A stretch of 64,000 bases of DNA from Lama guanicoe (taxonomy: Eukaryota): assembly GCA_013239625.1 (NCBI GenBank), contig MU053645.1, positions 1,542,274 through 1,606,273 of the forward strand, read 5' to 3'. Below the pieces are notes generated by a model, which saw nothing but the letters and a program-made list of their open reading frames with translations, was not told the DNA's origin and did not search any database. Numbering within the stretch: position 1 is the stretch's first letter; every line of letters starts with the position of its first letter. Of the stretch, positions 36,371 to 50,241 are shown piece after piece. The translations under genes were made by a program, and so were the position numbers.

Positions 36371-39300
36371 AAAAGACTAACTTTAGTCAATTTTCACAAC
36401 TTGGAAGCAGTAGAAAGGAATGGAAAGCCCTTCCAATATCAACAAAATTAGAATGCTATCATTCCGCCCTGATTTCATTACAAGTCCTCCTCCCATATGT
36501 GCTGTTTGTCTAACTTTATCCTTTACTCTTATTATCTACTTATAATCTCAAATGCCTGACCACAGAGAACCGAGACATCTTGAGTTTCCAAGACAAGAGG
36601 CCTCACGATACCCAGCCAAGCTTTAGGCTCCACCTGATCTGACTCTTCTTTCTGGCACATTTTGCTGCTTTGCTTTATGGTAAGCAAGTCACTTGGGAGA
36701 GTGTGAAGAAATCTTGTGCCTCAATGGGCAAGGGAATAGGCTGGGAAAGGCCAGGCATCTTAGGGAAGGGGCAGCTCTTGTGTCATCCTTGAAACCCAAA
36801 GTATTTACCCCTGAACAACAGCCCACAGGGCAATTATTTAGTGTGCGTTTCCTAGTTGTGGTGGTGGAGGGAGAGGGTGGGTCCGTTTTGAGACCTCGAC
36901 TCTCCCTCAGTCACTCCTTCTCCCATGACTACCAGCCTGTGAAATGTCTGGTGGGGTGGTCAATGTCTGGTTTTTCTCTGAGAAGTCAGAAACAGTGTTT
37001 CAAGCTGTGATGAGAAGGATGAGTCAATGTTGACCAGATGGAGGATGGATGGAAAAGGATTGCAGGCAGTGTGGACAGTGTGGGCAAAAGCCCCAAGGTA
37101 GGAAAGCACGTGGCACTTTTGAAGACATGACAGAAAGCCAGAGTCGCTGCAGAAAGAAGTGACTAGAGATTTGGAGAAGGTAGCAGGTAAGAGCCAGATT
37201 GTGCAGAGCCTTATCAGGTCCCAAATGGAGAGCCTGGTGAGTCCCTGACATTGTACAGGCTACAGACACAATGCAGACTTAGTCCTTTCCCTCCAGTAGA
37301 GGACATTAGCCAGCAAGATATTAGGCAAGTTCTACCACAGTGGCTAAATTGTTGGAAGGGACTGAGGAGGAAGCAGTTACTTTTGTAAATGGAGGAAGAG
37401 AAGAGGTGACAGTTGCTTGAACCCTGAAGGATAAATGGAATTACAATAGAGAAGGCGGGCAGAGGATTTCTGGCAGTGGGAACAGCCTGCAGAAAGGAAC
37501 AGAGGCAGGGCAGTTTGGAGCCCACTAGGGAGGAAAGGAGAGCAAAGTTGAAGGTGGGAACAGTTTTTGAGCAATGATGCTATCACACAGTATTTGAGGG
37601 ATAGAAAGACAGGAAAGAAAATGAGAGTCTTATTTTACCGTGTGTCAAAAAAAAAAAAAAAGAATAAGTTGCCTGACTTTTCACCCAGACATCTGCCCTG
37701 GCTGGGAGTAGGGTTAGATGACCTCAGAGCAGCCTCTCCTAACTTCAGGATTCTCAGAATGTAAAATGGGCAGTGAGACCAGTGATACCAGAGTACAGCA
37801 AATGCTGGGAAAAAAATACAGGGGAATTGAACCCTGGATCTTCCAACCATTGAGCTGAGCCAACACAGTCCTTTTGGAAGAGGGGGGAGAGTTGATAGTG
37901 AGGAAACTGACTCCCAAAGGTGCCAAAGTTAGGAGCATCCTACCCAGAACTCCTGAGAGGAACCCACAAGCTCATATATGGCCAGCAGACCTGATCAAGG
38001 GCAGTATGGAGGGTTCTTCCCACCAGAGGCCCTCTCTCTGTCCCCTGCATCTCTCTGAACAAGTCAAAAACAAGAGAGCCAAAGACAGTCTTCCTTTCAA
38101 AGCCAGCACCCTGTAGCACAGAACTTGACTGCCTCCAACTATTAGCCTAACCATACTAAGCTCACTTAAGAGTTAGGGGTCTAGGTTTGAAAACCCACTC
38201 CAGTTTTCTCATTTCTTTAGAGACAATAATGGTTCCTCCAATGGAGCAATTGGTGACTCTTATAGTAAGTCAATACCTAGAATAGAAGGATGGGTGTTCC
38301 TCCAGGTCCTTACCCAGCCACCTTTGATGTAAAAAGCTAGCAGAGGAAATTAACCTGGAGGGTAGTGTAGTCTCACCTAGAGCCCCACAAACATGCAGTT
38401 CAAAATCCCCAGATTCCTGTTAGTGCTAGGCTTCTGGAGAGTCACTTGTGGACTTCCTATTTGTCAATTTCTTGTTGATACTGGAAGATATCCAGCCAAC
38501 ATGTACCTACTTAGCATCAGATTATTATTTTCATTCATGTTTATGTTGCAGCCTTAATACATTGACACTCACCTGTTCATTTGTAAAGGACACGTCCATC
38601 TGCAAATGGCTGGCTTAGTTCTGTCCAAAAGAAGACAGAAAACAGTTAGGGCCCTTGAATCTATTAGAGCTACTAGTTCTAGTGTGAGACATGAAGAATA
38701 AACACACTACAGCCTAAACAGGAACTAATATTATCTTTGTCTAGCAAGGTGATCGAAGCAAGTTTATAAGGCTTAAATGCTTCTGCTGCTGCCTGAGTAC
38801 AGTCCCCAATGATTCTGATTTCATTGGTCTTGGTTGGGGCTTGGCCATTGTTAGTTTTAAAACTTTCCAGGTGACGTGAAACCAAGGTGACCCAGATCAC
38901 CTTACTTTGAGCCATGTTTCTCAGAGTGCTCCATAAACCACCTGCATCAGATGTGTCTGAGGCACTTGTTTAAAAGGTAGATTCCTGGGCTCTATTGCAA
39001 GTGTCACTCAAAAATATCTGGGAGTTGGAACCACCAGTCTACTTTTATAACAAGTTTCTCAGATGACTGCCTTGCTGGCAATCTTGCCACCTCTTTTTCT
39101 ACACACAGCTCCTCAGCCACTGCGTCAGGTAACACTCTACTGAATGCACATGCTGTTAGAGGGTGGCCTATTGTCCTTGGTCACTGGACAGAAAAGGCCT
39201 CTTTCCTGTTCACTAGGGTGTTCCCATCTCAATTCAACCCTCCTCCTCCCAAACATGGTTGCTATGTGGTTGAAATTCCAATTCACTGGCTCTTACCCAT

Positions 39301-42300
39301 CAGAGCCCTGGTTCTCCTGTATCCCCTGGTTTCATAGCAATGGGAGGGCTGACATCTGTTAGAGATGGGGAACATAAAATCAGGGGAGATGTCACAGAGG
39401 AGGCTGCATTTGAAATGGGCCTTAAGAGATAGGACAGGATTTCCTCAGGCAGAGATGACAGAAAGAGGCAACTGTCTAGCAAAGACGTAACTTGCTGTTA
39501 AGAGTCAAAAGCATGGGCTTTGGAGTGAGAGGGTCATAGGTTCAAACTCTAGTCCTGCCTCTTCTTAGCTCCATCCATGATCCCACCCCTCTAGATTTTT
39601 GTGTTCTGTAACACCACTTTAATAGCTATGCCTGCTCAGGTAGGTGCCTATGCTCCTTTATTTCTGGACAGGAAAAGCCCCACTGGGATTGATAACCATC
39701 CCTACTCTCCACATCTCCCTCTTCTGTATGTGTGCAGTTGGTCAGTGGTGGCCACACTGTCTCACTTTCCCCCTAGTCTCCTGCCCTGACATGACTTCCA
39801 GTGCTCTTCCTCAAATGTGGTTGTTAAGTTGTTAGAAATCATTGCTCTGACCAACAAATGCCCAGTTTGATGTATTTTGTTTTAGATGATTTATCCATAT
39901 TCCAGGTCCTGTAGCAGCCTCAACCCAAATGCACAAACTCAGGTGCAAAACCTCCGTCTAATTGCCCTCCAATCATCTCTATGACCTTAAATCAGTGATT
40001 CTCAGTGTGGTCTGGGGCAGACAAGAATCAGTCACTTGGAGGAAAATGTTAAAATATAGATCCCTAAGTCCTACCTAGGTCTGTTGGATCAGCTTAGAAC
40101 TTGGGGATCTGACCGTCTTTTTGCCTTTTCTAAGCAACTCTCAATTGCAAATTTGCATGGGGATGGAAGGAAGGGTAATGAGAACACATGAGTCTATAAA
40201 AAAAAAGAGGGTAGTATCGTCAAAGAAAACCTTTGCTCATCTCACTCTTGTTTACTTATTACTCTTCTCTTCCCCCTCAGCTATGAAGGGCAGAGCCTAG
40301 GCAGTGGCAGAAGTGTTGCTAGTTGTTCTGACTTTGCATCCAAAGCTTCCTGGGAAGCCTGGTCCTTTGCCCAGGTTGTATACCCTTAGGGCAATTTGAC
40401 TAATCAGATTATAGTACTATGCTCAAAGGAAGTAATGGAATGGTCTGTTCCTCTTCCCAGGGATATAAGCTTTTAAACAGGATTTCTAGGCAATAAATAT
40501 TAAATGCAGGAGTGACCTATGATAGAATTTCAACCTCATGGCAGACTGGTGAAAAGGAGAGGGAGCTACTGAAAGGTGGAGACCCAGAGAGAAGATTAAG
40601 AACTGTAGCAGTTGTGTTGGCAATTAACCCATAAAGGGACTCATTTTCTATGTTGCTCCCTGGAAACAACCCTCTTGGGAATCCCTGGGAGCTGCTAGGC
40701 AGCATTCTTGTTTAGCCTGAAGCCCCTGGCCTAAAGAGTATCTGATCAGTCCTAGGAAGTGGGTGACCCTGTAAAGTGTGCTGTGCATATGATGGTGCCT
40801 CCAGAAGTCCAGCTGGACCTTGGTAAGGCCACAAGGCTTGGTTAGCAAATCCAATGGAAGTGGCTGGGGCCGGCCAGATCTGTTTGATGGCCTTAGTGTC
40901 TCTTGTCTCTGTGGGTATTCAGTTAGGTCTGGCATGATCAATTACAGTGTTTGTACGGGAAGGAATTTTTTTAAAAATCATGAACCGTTTTGTCAAAAGA
41001 AAGAGTAATCACATTTTAACTTGAAAAGCGATGGTAATAGGCAGCCATCCTTACGTGTTCAACAGGAATCTGCAAAGTGCCTATTTTGTATGCAGTACTG
41101 TGCTCTGTGCTGTCTCTTTGCCCTGGCAGGTCCCTTTGCCAAGAATGCATGACTGCCCTCTAATCTTGTCTTTTAAGACAAAGCTCAAATTTCTCCTCAG
41201 TCTTCCCCAGTGTTAAGTGACCCATTCACCAGTCACTCTCCATCACATTACCTGATTTTATGTACCTGAAATTATCCTGTTTCCTTTTTCCCTCTGTCTC
41301 TTTCTCCCCCACCCCCTAGAATGTAAACTCCAGGAAAGAAAGCAGCCTTGTCTGTTTCTCTCAGTTCAATATCCCCAGTGAGTAGCCACTTAGAAAATAT
41401 CTGTTGAGTAAATGATTGAAGACTCTTTTCCAAGAATTCCAAGAAGAATTCCTTGGAAGATAGGAATCTTCAACCAGGTCTTAAAGGACATGGCCATGGA
41501 TTGGAAGGGAAACCAGCTTTCCAGGTGAGGAGACTAGAGTAGAAGGATCAGTGGCCTGAGTTTGCTGGGGGCCAGAGGGGAGCAGGCAGTTCTCAGCCCA
41601 AGCCCAGTTTAGGGAGCCTTGAGTGCTGTCATCGGAGGAACAGGAAGGCATGGAAGGAACAGGAAGAACAGGTAGGATGCAAAGCCACAGATGCTGGGAT
41701 GAGAATATACATGATTTAAAGAGCAGTGAGAAAAAAAATCATTTGGTTAATGAGTAGGAGGAAATGATGAAAACTTTGTTTAATAGAGTTTATCCTAAAA
41801 GAAAAAACTATAGCAAAATGCAGTCATGTTCTATAAGTGCACTTGTTTCTCAAGTTGACCCTTATGGGAGGACACAACCTAGAACAGATAAATGCCTTAT
41901 CCTTCTCATGCTTCTTTTTTCTTTTCTATAAAACAGGAACTTAAGCAATGTCATCAACAATAATGATTTAATAACAATTCTATTGTCAGGCACTAATCCA
42001 TACAATAATCTCACTAGGTAAGTGCTATCATTAGCCCCATTTTAGTGATCAAGAAATAGAGGTTTGCAGAGGAGATTACATAATTAACCCAGATTCAAAC
42101 CCAGATCTGGTCCAGAGTTTTATTAACCACCATCTGTAACATGGAGGTTTCAAAGATAAAAATCCCATTTATAAACTGATTGGGAAAAGATACCACCTTA
42201 AAAGAGATAAAATCAAGTTAGAATAGGAGCTTTCTGGGCACCAAACCTTGAAATGAAAATGCCGTATTTGTACTCTGCTCTGACAGGATGCTGTTCTAAA

Positions 42301-43229
42301 TGTATCATGAAGTACTATGTACTCTAAATGTACTATGAGGTACCTTATAAATGTATTATGATGTAGTTTTAAGAGTGAGGGCTTTAAGAATTAGGGAAAC
42401 CTGAATTTGAATCACAGCTCAACTAATTCCTGGGGGTGTGATCTTGAACAGTTAACTGAAGTACTCTTTTTTGACCCTCTGGATCTTGGCGTCCAAAATT
42501 CTTCATTGCTTTGAAGCAGTGTGTGTGCGAGAATAAATATACACACACATACAACACTCTTCATGGTTTCCCTCAATGGGAAGATTGTCCAAATTCCAAG
42601 TCCACCATTACCAGAATGGAAATCCTATTTGAAACATTTATTTAAAAATATTACCTCATGTTATTCTCACAATAATACAAATGATTTTCTCTGCATCATA
42701 GAGCTAAAAAGTGGGAGAGACAGCAATGGTAGCCTAGTCTCTCTGATTCCAAAGTATAAGTTAACAAAACAAAGGGCAATGTAGCAGCTTGCATGGTGCA
42801 TGATTAGAGCTGGGTAATTCATTTTATTAGTTTCAATCCACCTCTAATATTTAATGTTAATTTAAATATTATAGGGAAGAAAAACCTTTTTAAGTGAGTT
42901 ACACATTTAAGAAAGAAATACACCAAGAATGGCATATATATATATAAATATATATATAAAATATAAAATACTAAAATATATATAAAATCTCAGGAAAAAA
43001 TAAGTTGAGGTGGCTTCTATATAATGAAGAATGCATTTGTCCCCCGTCTCCATCCTTATTACCATTTCCTTAGTATAGAAAGGAAGAGACGATGAGACTC
43101 TAATCGTCTCTCATCTGGATCCTTCTCTATTCTGCAAAAGAAGATAAGGATGATCAGCCTTCCTAAGGCTCTAACGGGGTTACCACCCAGCTTAAAAACC
43201 TTCCAGCTGGCTCTAGTATTTCCCAGGAC

Positions 43230-44010
43230 ACCACATCCCTCTCCAAACACCCTTCATTTCCCTGCACCTTTCACAGTAAAGTCCTTCAAAACAGTTGTCT
43301 CTACACTGGTTATCTTCATTTCCTTACTTTCCTTTTTTTCTTATACCCATTTCATTCTAGCTTCTGCTCCTGAACATTAAGGAAAAAAACCTAGTTATTT
43401 TTTAGGTCACCAATGATCTCCATGTTACCAAAAGCAATGGACCATCTTCCTGCTTCATCTTAGTCTCTCAGCAGCATTCCATATGGTTGTTCACGGTCTG
43501 TTTCTAGAAACACAAGACTATTTCCTCTTCTGACTTCTTCTCCCAAACATCTAAATGTTGGTGTCTCAAGTCTTGGTTATAAGAAACGCCTCTTTATCTG
43601 TATTCTCTTGATAAATGATTCCATCCGGTCCTAGCTTGAAATACTACCTATATGCTGTCTCCCAAATTTACATCATCAACCAGACCATTTCTGAACTTTA
43701 GCCTCATTTATCTAACATTTGGTATTTCCACTTGGATACCTCAAATTCAACATGTCAGAACAAAACTTTGATTCTCACACTGTTCAATCCTTCTCTGTTT
43801 TCCTCATCTCATAAAATGTCATCTTTCCCTTTCTACCACTAACATCCTAGTCCAAACTACCATCATTTCTTGCCTATTCTATACCAATTGCTTCCTGATA
43901 GATATCCCTGCTTTTATCTTTGCCTTCCTGTAAGTCTCCACAGAGCAGCCAACATAAACCTATCTTATAAGCCTAAATCAGAACACAGAACTGCTCTTCT
44001 TAAATCTCTC
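43230..44010. mobile_element. Degenerate L2 LINE fragment
   Basis: Pyrimidine-rich, with L2-typical phrases (ggtcaccaatgatctccatgttaccaaa, ctctcagcagcatt, cctcaaattcaacatgtc). Confidence 0.65.
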
Positions 44011-44171
44011 CTTCTTCTATACCCCCAAAGTAGCTACATGTAGTATAAAGAATAGAAATTGTAAGACAGCCCTAGCATCACAATTATTTGTGCATATATC
44101 TAAGAGAAAATTAACTTATATAACTTCATAGACTCCATAGTGCCTTGCATGTTACTAAATATATACTAAGT

Positions 44172-44376
44172 CAGGGGTCTGCAAACTTCTGTAAAGGATG
44201 AGTTTTTAGGATTTATAAGCAATATAGTCTCTATCATTTAACTGTTTAGCCATTGTAGTGTGAAAGCAGGCATGGACAAGAAATAAATGAATGGGTGTGG
44301 CTGTTTCAATTAGTTTATTTACAAAACCAGATGGCAGGCTGGATTTGGCCCACAGGCTATAGTTTGCTGAGCCTTG
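44172..44376. mobile_element. MER58-like hAT DNA transposon
   Basis: caggggtctgcaaac...ggatttggcccacaggctatagtttgctgagccttg termini. Confidence 0.75.
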
Positions 44377-44929
44377 TACTGTGTCCTGAGTCTCATCCTG
44401 ACAACATCAAATTAAAATGGATACTATGGTAGCCATGAAGGTGCACCACTCAGAATCAGCCTCAAGGAATGCAATTATCCAACAGCTTTCATCTGCAGGT
44501 TCCTTTAGGGCCTGCTGTTTTTAAGCTGAGGCCAAAGTGCTTCCCAGGTAGCTCTCAGCCTATGACTGAGCATGGTAGTGCTACAAAAGCTTGCCATTTC
44601 CGGCCAGCACAGGACAATCTTTGCACATGAGTAATCTTTGCAGAGCACTCGATTCAACTGGCCGAGATTTTTTCAGAGCTGTGCTGCAATCTGAGGCTTT
44701 TCCTCCCCAATCCTCCTTCCTTCCCTCTCTGCTTTCACAGGTATCAGACCTGCATCACAGTTTAAAGACAAGTAATGTGATGGCAACTTACACCTCAGTG
44801 ATAGCAATGGTGGTGGTGAGAAGTGGGCAGATTCTGGACAGATTTTGCAGGTAAAGCCATTGGGTTTGCTGACAAATTGAGTGTAGTTTGTGAGCTAAAC
44901 AGTCAGGAATGATGTCAAAGATGATTCTG

Positions 44930-47600
44930 TCTAGTGCAGCTTTGTTTTCTAGTTCATTTCTGCCATTTTTATTATTACTTGCCTTCTATTCTCTTTAGTT
45001 TTATTTAGTTGTTCTGTCTTTGAATTCTTAACTTGTACACTTAAAGAATTAATTTTTAAGTCTTTCTTCTTTTTAATATAAGCATTTAAGGCTTTACATT
45101 TCCCACGAGTAATATTTAGCTACATACCATGAGTTTTGATGTATAGTATTCTGTTCCATTCAGTTGTATTTTTTAATTTCACAATTTCGTCATGGACACA
45201 GGAGTTGCAAGCGCATTTTCAAAATTCCAAAAATATGGTTTTCCTAATCATTTTTTTAAAGTTTCTAATTTATCTGTATTGTGGTCAAAATGGTCTGAAG
45301 AAGATATTTTTAAAAATTTGTTCAGATGAGTTGTTAAGGCCTGGTATGTGATCAAATTTCATAAAAATGCTGTGTTGGCTTGCTGAAAATTCTGTAATAA
45401 TTTGGTATAGTGCTCTATATATTCCATCAGGTTAAACTTAGTAATTCTGGGATTCAAATTTATATCCTTATTGAATTTTTATCTGCCTGACCTAAAAAAT
45501 ACAGAGAGAAAATTGTTTAAAACTCCCACTATAATGTGGATTTTTCAGTTTCTCCTTGTAGTTCTGTAAATTTTGCCTTATATATTTTGAAGCTATATTG
45601 TTATGCATACTCCAGTTTAGAATTGCTATATTCTTATGGTGACTTGAAACTTTTATTACTACTTAGTAATGATAAGTAGTAGTAATTCTTTATTTGTAGT
45701 AATGATATTTGCCCTCAGGTCTATTTTGTTTAATATTAATACAGCTGTACCACCTTTCTTTTGGGTAGTATTTGCCTGATATATCTCTCCCCACTGTTTG
45801 ACCTTCAACCTTTATGGGTCCTCATGTCATAGACATCTCTTGTAAAAATCACTGACTTAAAAAAAAAAACCTAGTCATGCAGTCATTTTTCTTTTAGCAT
45901 TAGTTGTTTTAATTTTGTTATGATTTTAAAAAATACAGCTGTATTTCTTTTAACCATTTTGTGCTTTCCATTTGCACTACTTTCTGTTTCTTTTTTCTTG
46001 CCTTCTTCTGAATTAAAGTTTATTTTTTCTAACTCCATTTTTTCCCTTTACAGATTTGTAAGTTATTGCCTGTTTTTATTTTTAGCACTTCTCCTTATAA
46101 TTCAAATTTAACTTATAGTCTATACAAGAGCCCTTAGAATATTTTGACTCTGATCATCTCCTGCTGACTTAAATGCTAATTTTAAAGCATTTTATTGAAA
46201 CATAACATACCTACAGAACATTGCACATTAGTGTTGAGCTCACTGAATTTCCACAAACTGAATATATTATTTAACCAACACCTGTATCAAGAAGTAGAAC
46301 ATTACCAGTACCCTAGAAGGCCCCTCAGAGACCCTTCTAGTCCCTACAGGCACCCCTGACCCACAAGGGTAACCACTATCCTAGTTCTAGCAACATAGAC
46401 TAGTTTCACCTATATTTTTTACACCATGTATTATGTACTCCTTTGTATTTGGTTTATTTTGCTCAACACCATGTTTGTGAGAGTCATCCATATTGTTGGA
46501 TGTAGTTATAGATCATTTATGATCAAGAGTGCATAGTAGTTCATTGGGTGAATATACCCCGATTTCTTTATCGATTCACCTGTTGGTCATCTGAGTAGTT
46601 TCCAGTTTGGGGATATTATAGTGTTGCTATAAATATTCCAGTATGTCTTTTTAGGAAACATACATGTTTCTAAAGGGCATATATCTAATAGTGGAAGTGC
46701 TAAAGATTAGGTATGTGTATGTTCAGCCACAGTAAGATACTGCCAAACAATTTTGCAAAGTTCTAGTTCCTCCACCCCCTCACCCACACTTGGATATGTG
46801 CTATTTGTAATCTATTTGTTTTTGCTATTTTTAATCCCACAAAGTAGGTATTATTATGTCATTCTGTTAATATTTTAGATTTACCAATGTTTTCCTTTTG
46901 GAGCCTCAATTTTTTCCAATTTTTTTTTTAGTATAATTGACACACAGTGAAATGCACAGTTCTTAAGTGTAATCATCTTTCCTTCTTGAATGTCATACCT
47001 CCTTCTGGGATTATTTTTTTCTTCCTGAAAAACATCATTTAGAAACTTATTTAGTGAGAGTCTGTTGGTGATAATCTCTGCTTTTGATTTTTAAAATGCC
47101 TTTATATTGCCCTCATACTTTTAAACTTTTAATTATTAAAAATTCAAACATTTTTAAAAATTGAGAGAAAATAATTAACTCCCATGTACCTCCTGCTGGG
47201 CTTCAATAATTATCCACTCATGCCAACCTTCTTTCATCCTTACCTCACATACTTTACCCTCACCTGGATTATTTTGAAGGAAATTCCAGACATCATATGA
47301 TTTCATCCATAAATATGTCTCTCTCTATATATCTCTAAAATATAAACTCTAAAAATTAAAAGATAAAATTTAAAGATAACCACTATACCATTATCACATT
47401 ATCACACATGGTGATTCTTTAATGTTTGAGATCACTGAATATCCACTCAGTGTTACATGTTTATGTTTCTCATGTCTCTTTTAATTGATAGGATTCCCCT
47501 TCTATCTTCTTGTTTTCTTTGCAATTTTTTTGTTCAGGAAATTGGGTTGTTTGTCCTCTTCCCAGAGTATGGATTTTGCAAACTGTATCCCTTTGGTTTC
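44930..47600 (-). mobile_element. Nested old antisense L1M fragments
   Basis: T-rich degenerate antisense L1, with inserted L1M 3' ends (for example at ~46190 and ~46920). Boundaries approximate. Confidence 0.65.
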
Positions 47601-47799
47601 ACTTGAGTTCACTAGGTACAATCCTGAACCAAAGAACACACATAAATCAAGCCATCAAAATTTCCTTTATTTCTTCTAGAGGTATGTAAACAAGGATGGC
47701 ATCATCTCTATCCAGCGTGAAGTGCTAGGTAATTGGCATCCTCTGTGTTTACTAACTATTCCTTTATAGCATTTACATATAGATCAAATATTGACTTAA

Positions 47800-47925
47800 G
47801 GGGGGGAGGGTATAGCAAAGTGGTAGTGTGTGTGCTTAGCATGCACAAGGTCCTGGGTTCAATCTCCAGTACCTCCATTAAACAAACAAACAAAAACAAA
47901 CCTCATTACCCCCCTAAAAAAAACT
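47800..47925 (+). mobile_element. vic-1-like tRNA-derived SINE
   Basis: GGGGAGGGTATAGC...GTGGTAG...GCTTAGCATGCACAAGGTCCTGGGTTCAATCTCCAGTACCTCC followed by an A-rich tail. Confidence 0.88.
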
Positions 47926-48082
47926 AACGACATTTAGTAAAAAGATCAGATATCAGACTGACTGGTAGACAATTTAAAAAGTTAGGATAACATCAAATAC
48001 CTTAGGAAATATCTGTGTTAAGATGGGGAAAAGTAGATGGAGAATTTGAAATTTTTAACTTTAAAAACATATTTCTTTCAAA

Positions 48083-48290
48083 TTTGTAGATACTGACAGG
48101 TATATATAGAATAGATAAACAAGATTATACTGTATAGCACAGGGAAATATATACAAGATTTTGTAGTAGCTCAACTGTGAAAAAGAATGCGACAATGAAT
48201 ATATATATGTTCCTGTATAACTGAAAAATTGTGCTCTACACTGGAAATTGATACAACATTGTAAACTGACTATAACTCAATAAAATATAA
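48083..48290 (+). mobile_element. Truncated L1 3' end
   Basis: L1 3' UTR flanked by ttaaaaa(c/t)atatttctttcaaa at 48061-48082 and 48291-48312. Confidence 0.85.
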
Positions 48291-49009
48291 TTAAAAATAT
48301 ATTTCTTTCAAAAATTAAGGAAAAGTTAGGCATCAAATTCCTCTGCTATAAATGATGGTGTCTTAAATATATATATATAATACTTAATCTAAATTCTTTT
48401 TGGAGGTTTTAAGTAGTCACACTCTCAATGGAAATAAATCTTTTAATAACTGTCCTATTTAGATATACTCATAGTACACTGATGACAAGGCAATTTTCTG
48501 AATGTACATGAGATAAGTGGAGTTAATAGCACTAAGCAAACATGACATTTTTGTTGTACTATGAACACAGATGAGTCACTAAGTAAAATGATTAATCACA
48601 AATCAGTGTTACTAAGCTCACTGAGTGACTATTCTTCCCTTGCAAGGCAGTTAGAAACTCTAAATTTATAAGCTATTGAGTTTATTCTAGCTATAAAGAG
48701 ATACAAGCATCAGAGTATTCAGGAAATTTGTGTGTAATTAACCTAAAATGATAAGTATCTTATAATATACTTTGGCATATTTTTATCTGGGTATTGTACA
48801 AATATGTAAAATGAAATCAAATAGCTACAGATAAATTTTAAATAATGTAATACTAAAAAACTATTTTAATAAAATAAAGAGAATTTTAACGCATGTCACT
48901 ACAATACTCAAGATTCATAAATTATATTCATTTCATCAGCCTGAAAATGTCTTTGCTTCATTTTGCAATGACTAGAACTTGTAACCTTAATAAGTAGCAT
49001 TATCCCTCT

Positions 49010-49880
49010 TTAAGAGTTTCCAATGTCCAAAGCTGGAAAAATGTGAGCAACAAAATAAATAACATAGTATTAGGTTATACCCCAAAGATAAAATAAATAT
49101 CCATGAATCCATACTGATATAAATGATTGAATAAATAAATAAATGGAGAGGGAAATCATCCATAGAAAATTCCTGGTAATATATGTAAATACTTCATTCT
49201 CTAGGAGGTAGAGCCTATTTTTCCTCTCCTGAGTGTGGGGCTGGACTGAGTGACTTGCTTCCAAAGAACAGACTAAGAAAAGGGTAAAATAGTAGCTTTG
49301 CAATGAAGAGCCTGGCAAACACTAGCCAGGTGACCAAAGTTAGCATGACTAGTGTTAAGTCATGTTGATAGTATATACCACCCTTCAGGATGATGTGGTA
49401 AGAATGGTACCTCATCCTTGTAATCCTCCACAAATCTCAAAACCCCAGCCTAATCATGAGAAAAACTTCAGACAAACCCAAACTGAGGATGATATTCCAT
49501 AAAATTCCTGACCAGTTCTCCTTATATTTGTCAAGATCATGAAAAACAAGTAAAAACAGAAACTTACAGATCAGAGGAAGCTAAGGAGACATGATGATTA
49601 AATGCAACGAGGGATCCTGGACTGGATTCTGGAATAGAAAAAGGACATCAGTGGAAACACTAGTGAAATCTGAGTAACGAATGAGGAAATAAAGAACTCT
49701 GAATAAATCTGTGGTTTAGTTAATAGTAATGTACCAAAGTTGATTTCTTAGTTTTAACAAATGTACCATAGTTATTGTAAGTTATGTTAACATTAGGGCA
49801 CTAGGTAACTGGTATACAGGAACTCTGTGTTATCTTTACAAGTTTTCTGTAAACCTAAAATTGTTCCAAAATAAAATGTT
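49010..49880 (+). mobile_element. L1MC-like 3' UTR fragment
   Basis: tgagtgtggggctggactgagtgacttgcttccaaagaa...gtaaacctaaaattgttccaaaataaaa recalled as an L1MC 3' end. Confidence 0.7.
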
Positions 49881-50034
49881 CATTATAAAACAATAAATGT
49901 CCAGGCCTCACTTCTGAGATTCTGATTTAATTTGTCTGGGGAAGTGAGGGGGAAGTGGTTAAGCACCATTATTTTCTAAAAGTTCCTCAGATGATTCTAT
50001 TGTTCAGCCAGAACAGACAATCATTACTATATAC

Positions 50035-50241
50035 TAGTAGTTCTCAAACTCGAGTGTGCATCAGAATCCTCAGGGGCAGGGTGTGTGGGGGTGGTTGCCT
50101 TGTTAAAACACAAATTGCTGGCCCCTACCCTCTGAGTTTCTGATTTGGTAGGTCTTGGGTGGGGGCCTGACATTTTGCACCTCTTACAAGCTCTCAGGTG
50201 ATGCTGATTTTTCTGGTGTAGGATCCATACTTTAACCACTG
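50035..50241. mobile_element. MER5A-like hAT element (related copies at ~38800-39065, ~49890-50025 and 51303-51463)
   Basis: gttctcaaact...tgcatcagaatc...ttgttaaaacaca...caggtgatgctgat...aaccactg. Confidence 0.75.

Noticed and set aside
47800..47876. tRNA gene-like A and B boxes (also at 4200-4272 and 24035-24108)
   Set aside because: These are diverged SINE heads with A-rich tails, some with TSDs, not tRNA genes.
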